DNA of 64,000 nt from Botryllus schlosseri (lineage: Eukaryota): positions 25,730,001-25,794,000 of the forward strand of contig CM119373.1 in the NCBI GenBank assembly GCA_051294905.1, in the 5' to 3' direction. Shown piece after piece: positions 12,095 to 21,840 of the stretch. How positions within the stretch are numbered: the stretch's first letter is position 1; each line of letters starts with the position of its first letter. Below the pieces are notes generated by a model that ran no database searches, was not told the origin of the DNA, and saw only the letters and a list, made by a program, of their open reading frames with translations. The position numbers were made by a program, and so were the translations under genes.

Positions 12095-12929
12095 ATGGAC
12101 TACCGTTCCGACGGACTCTTCTCATCCGCAGCTGCCGCCGCTGCTTTGACAGCACACCAGCATTACCACCACTACCCCGGCCCCACGCAAGCCGCAACGT
12201 ACGGTTACGCGTCGCAGTACGCTCACACACATCCGTATTACCACAACGGATATATGAGCGGTCTGGGCAGCAGCAATAGTGACGTTACAGGACTATTTGG
12301 CGGGTCACCGTCCACGTCGCCAGGTTCAAATGTAACCAACCCTAATGGTTCTCCGTTATCAAGCGCTATATCTGGACTGACCGGATCTCCGCCTATGTCA
12401 GCTGCGCTTCCTACTTCACCAAATTCTACGTCAGTCATGACGTCACCGTTTTCTTTAGCACAGCGATGCGGCAGTGGAAGGCAATGGATGGGGTCTTCGT
12501 GTAAAGATAGCTATTCGTATCATAGTAAAGGACCTTCGTTTTATACCGGGAGCGGTTTGGCATCGCTAGTCGCGCAAGCAGCCAGTCTGCCAACAGTGGA
12601 GAAAGACAATCCTACATCATCTTGTAGCAAAAACACAAACTCATATACAGGTAGCACACGACCACATTGCAGGCAGCCCGCCGACCCAGAGCCAAATTCA
12701 ATGAAACAGCGGTGCCCCTCGGAACAGAACTTGCAAAACAGCACCCGGTCTCGTGAAGACAGTCGCGAAATGCCGTTAGAACCCGATAAGTATTTCGACC
12801 CGTGCTTCGATACTAGCAACGGTGACGCGGTAGCTACGGAGACGACGCAGGTTAAAGACACGCCCGAGACTCGGGACGATGCGTCCCCGCAAAGCTGCGC
12901 CGAGTCCACCGACACGCGACACTCGCAAG
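12095..12929 (+). CDS. Pitx: Pitx coding exon 1 (MDYRSDGLFSSAAAAAALTAHQHYHHYPGP...; 278 codons + 1 nt)
   Basis: Long GC/CpG-rich ORF. ATG at 12095 lies 45 nt after a TATAAA. Donor CAAG|GTACGA at 12929/12930 is phase 1 and joins 17018 as G|AC (Asp). Confidence 0.8.
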
Positions 12930-15900
12930 GTACGAAGCTGGCAGGTTTCGAAAACTATAGTTTCCAAGTCGGATTTTGAATATATTCGAGGCGCAATGTC
13001 AAGTTCTTTGGTACAATTCGCTAGATAACCGGTGTTACAGCGAGTTAGCGCGACTCCACCTAATATTTTATCTTGGATCTCTTACACAGTGGTCAGGTAG
13101 GCGTGGAATTAACAATCTTAGATATCTCAATATCATACCTTACACGATAATCACGGCATTTTAGGCGAACTCACATTTATTGCAAATCGTCCATCACGCG
13201 GATGTTTCATGGTGCAAACGGATTTCGTAGATTTCCCATTTTTCCATCATAGGATGAGGTAAAAGTCAAGTCTGAAGTACTTACTAGTAAAAATATATCA
13301 GCTTTTACATCAGTAGCTATTCGTGTGAATTAACCCAATGCATCTATTGCCTGCGGGAATGCAACTTCGATTTACGTGTATACGACTTTCTGGGGTGTGA
13401 ATATGTTCTTCGCGGAACAGTACATAATAAGATTTCTACGCTTGTACGTAGTTGTACCGGATGAAATCAACTATGACAGTTAATTAATATTACCAAGATT
13501 ACTAATGCAGCCTGAGAAAAGATAGAGGTCTGTGCTAACGACGGAAATAATTATTTAAATCCTGACTTTATTGAGTTGAGGACCAACTGCTACAGAATAG
13601 ACGCGCGTTTCGTATATCCGGCTGGTATGGTTCAAAAGCGCAGGAAACAATATGGCGCTAGGCCGTGCACTTATTATCGGAAGTTAAATCAATATTTAAT
13701 TTTGGGAAGGATCTAGCCTTGCGCGTTTGATGACAAACCAATATCGCAATGAATATCTATAACAGTATCTCTATCCATTTTATGTCGCGAAAAACTGGAT
13801 CGACTCGAAGTTTTGACATTGTGAACTTGAGTAGCATTACGCACGTGCGTGCAATCAACGTTGTGTTGGCCATAATCATAAGCACGTGCTGTATATGTGG
13901 ATCAACTCGTGCACGGCAATGTCCAGGATGTGTGTAAAGGTGGTTGGGTGGTTTTAGGCATTTTTCTTTTTATGAGTTGGTCAGTATAAAAGTCGTGTGA
14001 TGAGCGCTATTGTGGCATATATCTTGTGATGCTTTTCGGGTAAAGATTGTATCAAGCGTTTCCTATCCGTAGCAATCTGGCGTTCAGATCCTGAATATGT
14101 CTGCATTTTTCTCCAGAGTCGAAAGCTTTAATTGAGTGGCATATACTATAGAAATTGGAGTCAAGTCACGTATCAATATCCAGTTGGTATCCCCATTTTG
14201 TGCTTTGTGGTAAAGTGTTAGGGACACGAAGACAAGATTTAATTCTGCTGTATAAATTCAGCCTATATTCAATCACGACACGAATTAATATAACTATATC
14301 GGAGACAGGCATGAAAACTCGAGTGAATAGCAACAACCATCTCTAAGTTAGGTGGGATATTTGAGGTTCCATTTTGGGTGCAGATGTTCGTCCAGTTCAA
14401 TCACAACCCAAAACGGATAATCTGGTTTATTTGACTTCGTCATTCTGGGATATTTATAACATAAATAAGCTAGCCCCTTGTCACTCGGTCTCTTAACATT
14501 GTAAGTCCACATTTTATGATTGGTATCTATACCACGGATAACACCAACTTCAACGTTTGAATCACCGCACCTAATTGCAAGCGGTTGGTAGGTGGGTAGT
14601 TGATCGGTTATAAGCTTCAGGTACCGCGATTAATGCACATTGCGCTGTAATGAAATACTAGATGCCGGGGCCTTGATGCGGTATCCTTCTTTTTGATGTC
14701 GCTAATTGATATAAAAAGAAACGCTATGCGCTGTCGCGAAAAAGCGACGTTATTCCTAAACCCGGGATTAGACGCAGGCCATTTCTAGGTAATGGATCCC
14801 AATTGGTTTTACCGGCTATCCCAAGGACCTTAAAATTATCGGGATGGAATACGAAATGAAAGTTTCACGAATAGTTAAGCGAGTCTAATGCACTTCCTAA
14901 TCTGAAACGTCGCCATTAAGACGCTTAGATCAATGCCAGATGATGGTGCGCCGTTCGAAAATGATTTAATGCACGCAGATGCGAGATCGTTATGAGAAAT
15001 GGGCATGGGAATTCTCGAATGCTCGATCCCAACGATACAGTGTTGCCGTATACTTGTGTGGGTTAATCAACCCCGTGACATCCGCAATAAATCAAGGCTG
15101 CAGCGCATGCTTTGACGAATCACTTTTTAATCGCGGATTATGATAATTCATAATTCTGATCATGGATCAAGTGAACTGTCTAATTTTCGTTTCAGGTTTA
15201 AAACGATTGTTCTGATATTCGACTCGATATTGACCTCACCACTGTGTTAACATGAGAGTTTTACGATCTGGGAGGTGTATACCAGTATCACTTAGTTAAT
15301 TTATAAAATCCCCCCTTTTCATTATGGGCTTTGAGACCTTACCTTAAACTAGGGGAGATTGCGTTTCCTTGTCCATCGGCCTTGTATCGACACGGAAGGG
15401 TATACATTACGCCTTTTAAGCCGTTTTCCAATTTTTTAAGATATAGAGAAACCCCTTACCCTAATCTAGGCGGGATTACACGATATCAGCACACAGGAAA
15501 ATGAGCTTTTATAAGCGACGCAGTTTGTCAAATGTCGCCAGTTCGGGAGAATGTATCTGTAAGGCAACATCCCAATAGCGTACTAAAATCTTTCGTGATT
15601 CCTACTGCAGCTATTATATTGTACAGAACGTTTTAAGTGATTGTCCGAGTTGACCGTCAAGTTGAAGTTGGCTCTAGGTGTGACAATACCTGACGACTGC
15701 AATGTTTCCTATATCATGCAGGATTTGAGATTATTAGTCATGAAGGGAGGAACAATCCAGATTAGTAAGAGAAGTAAATGTGGTGAGTAAAGATTAAGAT
15801 TTTAACGAACATCAATGTAGACCCGCGTCAGCTATCCCGTTATTTCCGCGATGTCGCAATGCTTAGCACTATAATGCCTTGTCTCCGTAAGGTTGCCTGC

Positions 15901-18900
15901 CTTAAACCATGTTAAATCGGAGCGTGTAATCGCATGATATCGCCATAAAATACGCGTCTTCCAATGCGCAAAACCGCCTTTCATCTAAACAACTAAAGCC
16001 AATTCATATCTATTAGTTACGATCGCGATTAAATACGCTTGAAATACAACGTCCGAAAGCGGATTAACCGCGTCGTCTTACGACCACCAAAGCATCCGTT
16101 GACGCGCCCAGGCTCTAAGGGAAATTGCGTAAAAGGGTATCAAGGTTTTGCGGCGTACGGTTGTAGATTGAACCAATTACAGCATACTATTTCCTTCGGC
16201 GGGCGCAAATTTGAATAACCGGCTTCCGGTACGAATAAAATTGTTTGATAGTTTGCTAAAAACTTGGACTTCTCGCGATATTGGCGTTTAAAAACTAACA
16301 CCAACCTAACCACGCAGCCGATTTCTACTTTATTGTTTATTTGTATTATTATAATATTTATCATTAATTAAAGCTTTAATATGCAAATGAAGGCCATACT
16401 TCGAGTCTTTCAAGGTAAAAATAGAGCCAAAACGATATCGAATTTTCCAGCCATTCCCGATAAAACCGATAGCCAGCACTTTCACCGATAACCTCTCTAT
16501 ATCCAGCCGATATTCAAAAGATGTATAGCCTCTAGCTTAACGCGAATTTCCAAAACTTCAGAGCATTTATTCGAATAGTTTTACAGCTATTGCTAGGTTT
16601 CTATATAAAATAAATTAGAAAGGCTGCATCTTGACATGTGTAAGCCACAGGGAATATATCAATGTTCTCAGTCTAGTATAGTCGCAGACTATAGTTTTCT
16701 GACACCTTACAACCATCTTGTGTGTCACGAGAATTGCCAATATTATTAATGTCTAATTCCGGATACTGATATTTCATTCAAAGTGTGATATCCAATCGAC
16801 ATAATCGGTTTTATATAATCGTATACAATGCAACACTAAACATACTACAACACTACAAATACTACTGTACTATACCACTATACTCTACAAATGCAGTTGA
16901 AACTGATGCCAGGACAACATATTCCCGATTTTTCAACTCCACCCTTGAAAAGGGTGGGAGCATCATTCTCATCTAAAATGGTGGCCCACCCAAATTCACC
17001 CTAAAATCCCATTTCAGACGACGACGAAAAACGCGATCGGAAGAGCGATTGCAGCGACAGTAACACGCCGGCGAGCGACGCAAAAAACGCCGATGACGTA
17101 GCAGATGACGTCACCAACATGGAAGACGGAGAGAGCTCGCAAGGCGATCAAGACGGGGAGGGCAAAAACAAGCGCAGGCAACGCCGGCAGCGGACGCATT
17201 TCTCCTCGCAGCAACTTCAGGAGCTTGAGAATCTTTTCACGCGAAACAGGTCGGAATCCGCTACGCATCGTAGCAACCGGCTGGGATATTAAAACGAATG
17301 TGTAACTTCACAATATTGTGTATGATAGGATAAACACCGTTAAACCTATGAATGTTAGCGGCGCTTCGCGTTGCTTTGATTTACGGCGTGTCGCGACAGA
17401 AGAAATGCGTTGATAAATGTAAACTAATATACGAGGCGGTGTGACATACGGTCGCTATGACCACATGATATCAACAATTTTTGAGTTGAAAAGCTTGATT
17501 TGTATAATTTAATGTGAATAATCTACTTTTGAATAAATTTGTTTTGTTTTTCATCCTATTCATGTTAAATAAGCTCCTACCTTTACAAGCTAGTTGCAGG
17601 CTATTAGGATTGAGGTTATGCATTAACATATATATTTGTAAGGACAGTTATCGTATAATTTATATCGATATTTACGGTGTGCTGCAACAAACGGAGTGCA
17701 CTGATAAATGCAAATTACTATCGGCAGCTGTGTGATACGGTCGCCATAATGACGAGGAAATCAACGCGTGTTGAGTTAAAGTTGTGTAATTTAATGCGGA
17801 GAATCCGATTTTGACTAAATCTGTTGTTTTTCATACGCGCTTTCCAGTTGATTTTGTGACAGTAAAACGAACTATTTTCCATTCAGGTATCCGGACATGT
17901 CCACGCGTGAAGATATGTCGAAATGGATTGGTCTGTCGGAACAAAGAGTGAGGGTAAGCATACGATTAAAGTATGATTACGGAAACAATAATCATTTTCG
18001 TGTCCTGGATGGGATTTAAACTCCCGTGTGAGTCTCTTAGTATGCGTAAAAGCCGTTTTAACAAGATTCCGGAAATATTGTAGCGGTAACACTATGTCCG
18101 CAAAATAAACTTTCGGCGTAGAGGTGACGCTAAAATCGCAATTTTCTTACCTTACACCAAAAGGTAAATTTTGCAGCATAGTTTTAGAAATATCAAGCAT
18201 AATGTCCCTGCTGAATAATTTAATTGGAAATTATCTACGAATATAGTTGCTGGCTATTCGGGTCAAGTTTATGTGTATATACACAGTAGAATAGTATGGT
18301 ATAGATCAGAGGTCTAAAACACGAATCTCGCGACGGCATTTTCGATTTTTAAGTGACGATATATTCAACTGCGATACATCATTTTTTAGATTTGAGAACT
18401 TCAAGTTCACTCACTTCAAATGCTCTGATGTCAGATCAATTATTATTAAATTCAAAAATATTCTACGTATAATTGTGGCACGTCACATGTCCACTGAGCC
18501 GCAATATTAAAACGCGACAGATTTTACGTTGCCATGATGCGTTTGTCCTCTTGCATGGTATCTATAACTCACTATTTTGACGAATTATGCTCAGCACAAA
18601 AATGATTTTATTCAAATATTTGAAAATTGTGATTTTTGTTGTGCCATGCATGAATAGTACAACAGTAAATTACATTTACACGATGTTTGTGGAATGCCAG
18701 TCTGCAAGGTCCCTGTAAATAAGGCCTATTTGGAAATGATTCATTGAATACCCCTTATTGGTACTATGCGGCCCGCGGCGTCGTCAAAATAACAGTAAAT
18801 TGGCCCGCAAGTACATTTGAGTATGAGACCTCTGGCATAGATGTATGGTATTGCAATACTTGTTGTCATTATAATATACTGCATTCGAGCGGTCAAGTCA

Positions 18901-21840
18901 AAATGTCAAATTTAAGTGTAAGTTTGATTGTAAACCCCAAATCTATCCCAATGTAAAATGTGCAGCTTCATAGACTTTTTTTAATCATTTGAGTTACTTA
19001 TAGGCCATGTCAGGCGATGACATCAGTCGCAATAAATCCCTGAATCATCAAGATCGTTGATTAACACAACGCGCTATTGTTGCCTCCAACTCGTAAAGAG
19101 CAAATACTCATATCCAGCCACGGAAGTCTTTTGCTCGAATCGGCAAACAGCGCCCGCGCAATACACATACTCGGCTGACGCCTCCGGGTTTATTGACTCC
19201 GTAAAAGTGTTGAACTTATCGATAGACGACCAAGCTAGGAAATAGACCGACGGCAATAAAAATCAATTCGCTTGTTTGCGCTGATGAATTGTCCCCGGGA
19301 GAAGTTGAGGGAGCCGCTTTCACCTGAGCATGTTGAAGTTTTATTGCTTCGAGCGCGCGTTTACGTGATCAATATGGCGGACTGGTACGCTGAGCGTTTT
19401 GAATTTTGTGAAGGGCAAGTTCCGGATATGGGCTAAATGATTTTAAACTGTGATTGGAGATCGATATTGGGAGTACGTCACATTGGTGATCAAGTCGGAT
19501 ACAAGTCGGTCATGTACGCTGTTTAATTATGTGTTTGTTTTGTATAGTTTCATCTCGAGTCTTTTCGTAAAGTCATCCGCCGGCATTTGATAAGAGATTT
19601 TTTCAGCTTTACCCAACAGTGTGATTGAAATCATGCGTATATATTTCGTTCGGAAGTAACAGCGATCGGTTGGCGAGATAGCGCAGTGGTATAATCCGCG
19701 GCTGCAACACCAATGGGTGCGGATTCGAGTCCGACCGAGGTCGACTTCCGAATTCCGATACCTAAGTGTTGGAGGTTTACCTAGGCTCCTCCTCGCCACC
19801 TCATCCGCGTCAGCGGTGTCTTACAAAAGCCTAGAGGTGGGCCGTGCTATAAGTCGACAGTTACGGAAAATATGAAGAATATCGGCCTGGTGTAAATGAC
19901 CATAGCAGTCGACAAACACCATGAATACCCCAAAAAACAAACAAAAACAGCGATCGGTTACTATTGTCGTTTAGAGACTACTTTAAATGCGTTTAAATCT
20001 AGCGTCATTATTGCAGCAGTAAACCCTATTCATTTTCAAATAAATAATCAGCGTTGGGTCGATATTCCTAATTTCTTTAAACAGGCCAAAATCTCACAGA
20101 AGCGGTCAGGTCGTTGTAGTCGGACCGACACTGTTGAAATGCATGATGGTGTATGCAGTGCCCAATACACAGAAGTCACCTTATTAATAATTTCACCACA
20201 GCGTAAATTGCTGAAGGGGTTTTCCGATAGCGTGTCCTGGGAATAAACTGAACCCGTTAAAAATGGCCCTGTCCGTGCTTTGTAAGTAAATGTGGAGTTG
20301 TGAAATTAGTATGATATATTTGTTGCGACTAGGCACTATCGTTAACTTTTAAATATCTGAAATTGTCGGTACAATGGAATTTCTTGTGGTATTTATTGCG
20401 GCGGTGCGTTCTACTGTGCGAATGCGCAATCAGAACTCACTTGATCACGGATGGTGTGCTCTGTTCCCTACTACCTGACATCGCAGCGCGCACGTTACCG
20501 CCTACGAAATAGCGGGGATTCATTTTGGGCATGGGTGGCAGGCTCCGACTCCGACGTAGGCGCTCCGGCTACGATCATTGGTTTCGTAATTAAAACTGAT
20601 TGCCCGCTAGTTTTCTCTGATCTGCGCCGTGAGTGATTCATGGCGAAAACTAATTTTGCGAGCTCGTTTATCAATTGAGAAGTCACACGCTCAGCGGCGG
20701 CCGCCATTTTACCGGAGCCTGATAACAGATTGCTTTTGTAGTCAAGGTCACGCGTTACGTGAGTGAAGAGTCGTAATGCGACGGAATTGCTTGAATCGCT
20801 TCGCCTATTGTATACAGAACGCTTAAACATTCTTGCCGTATGTTGTATTCACGTGATATTCATCTTATTTGAAAATGGAAAATTCAGTTTCAATCACCAC
20901 ATAAGACTATATGAATTCACAAACTCTAAAGACCCCTTAGCAGTGTTGTGGTTCTATTCGTAGAATACAGCTGCATTATCGAACGCAGACGAGCTACAAT
21001 GCCTATCGCCAGGATGATGGGGTGTCCTTTATATTACTCATAAACATCGATATTATTACGCCATATTAGAGTATCGTTTTGCGCTGATTGTTACAAAGTC
21101 TCCTTCTATCCATAAATGCATCCGGCGGTTCCCATACTCTTGTGTATATTTTATTCTATTTCCTTAAAGTGCATTTTTGAAATCTATCCTCTTGACATTG
21201 AAAGACTGTCTGTCCTGAAAACCCACAACTAATGGAAAAAAACATTGAAATCCTCCTAATACTTTCACAGGCACTTTTTGTCATTTTTGTGCATTCCTGC
21301 GAACATTACACTAACGCAAGTCGCTTTTTTCGTCAGGTTTGGTTCAAGAACCGCCGCGCAAAGTGGCGCAAGCGCGAAAGAAACCAGATGGTCGACTACA
21401 AGAACTTTCACTTCAACGGTATCAACGGCATCCTGCCCTACGAGGACAGTCTCTACGGCTACTCAGCCTACAACTGGCAGAAGATGGCCTCGCCCCTGGG
21501 CGCCAAACCCTACCCGACCGCGTGGCCCTTGAACCCGGCGCTCAACTCCATGTCACCTTTGACCACTCAGGGACTCAGTTTTTCGCAAAACACATCCGTG
21601 CCGTCGAGTATGAACATGAACAATGGGTTGGGCTCGATGGGCCCAGCCGCTAGCAGCAATCCGCATTATCCGGCGTCTGCTAACCCGTATAATATGTACC
21701 GCAGTGGTGGCCCGGACCCTTGCAATTCCAGTATCGCGTCGCTAAGACTCAAAGCCAAGCAGCATTCTGATTATATGAACTATCCCGCTGTGCTGGACCC
21801 TACTTTTCCTGCTTGCCAGTACTCCGCCAAGAACTTGTGA
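12095..21840 (+). CDS. Pitx: Pitx (pituitary homeobox; paired-like K50 homeodomain + OAR) gene, join(12095..12929,17018..17249,17887..17953,21337..21840), 545 aa
   Basis: Spliced homeodomain [60 protein letters not shown] has K50 and the Pitx-typical flank RKRERNQ. C-terminal OAR motif [16 protein letters not shown] at about 21721-21768. Exon lengths 835+232+67+504=1638 nt with consistent intron phases 1, 2, 0. Confidence 0.95.
17018..17249 (+). CDS. Pitx: Pitx exon 2 (acidic linker + homeodomain N-arm and helix 1)
   Basis: Acceptor atttcag|AC. Reads DDDEKRDRKSD...[30 protein letters not shown]. Donor AACAG|GTCGGA is phase 2. Confidence 0.95.
17380..17834. repeat. Diverged direct duplication of a 165-175-bp block in Pitx intron 2 (17380-17554 and 17671-17834)
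   Basis: Shared blocks in the same order: tttacgg, tgataaatg, atacggtcgc, ttgagtt, taatttaatg, ttgtttttcat; offset about 290 bp. Confidence 0.8.
17887..17953 (+). CDS. Pitx: Pitx exon 3 (67 nt; homeodomain helix 2, turn and start of helix 3)
   Basis: Acceptor ttttccattcag|G. Reads (R)[22 protein letters not shown]. Donor AGG|GTAAGC is phase 0. Confidence 0.93.
18307..18834. mobile_element. hAT-type MITE in Pitx intron 3
   Basis: TIRs cagaggtct and agacctctg. TSD gtatagat / gcatagat (7/8). Subterminal gcggcccgc motifs. Confidence 0.85.
19672..19945 (+). mobile_element. tRNA-derived SINE in Pitx intron 3
   Basis: Pol III A box TAGCGCAGTGG and B box GGATTCGAGTCC, A-rich tail caaaaaacaaacaaa, and 14-bp TSD aacagcgatcggtt (19658-19671, 19946-19959). 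Confidence 0.9.
21337..21840 (+). CDS. Pitx: Pitx exon 4 (recognition helix, C-terminus, OAR domain, TGA stop)
   Basis: Branch-like CTAAC at 21311 and acceptor ttttttcgtcag|GTT. Reads [17 protein letters not shown]...[13 protein letters not shown]...CQYSAKNL*. Confidence 0.97.
   Translation, partial: [167 protein letters not shown]

Noticed and set aside
12070-12967. Overlapping and antisense ORFs (12070-12279, 12238-12438, 12541-12915, 12776-12967)
   Set aside because: These are shadow frames of the GC-rich Pitx exon 1.
19672-19745. Functional tRNA gene
   Set aside because: The acceptor stem does not close after the T arm, and a body, A-rich tail and 14-bp TSD show it is a SINE.
17250-21336. 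A second, mutually exclusive, canonical helix-2 exon ([22 protein letters not shown]-like)
   Set aside because: I scanned introns 2 and 3 by eye. Partial look-alikes (about 18487 ATGTCCACT, 19421 CCGGATATG, 20472 TACCTGACATC) lack a frame or splice sites. A tblastn would be definitive.
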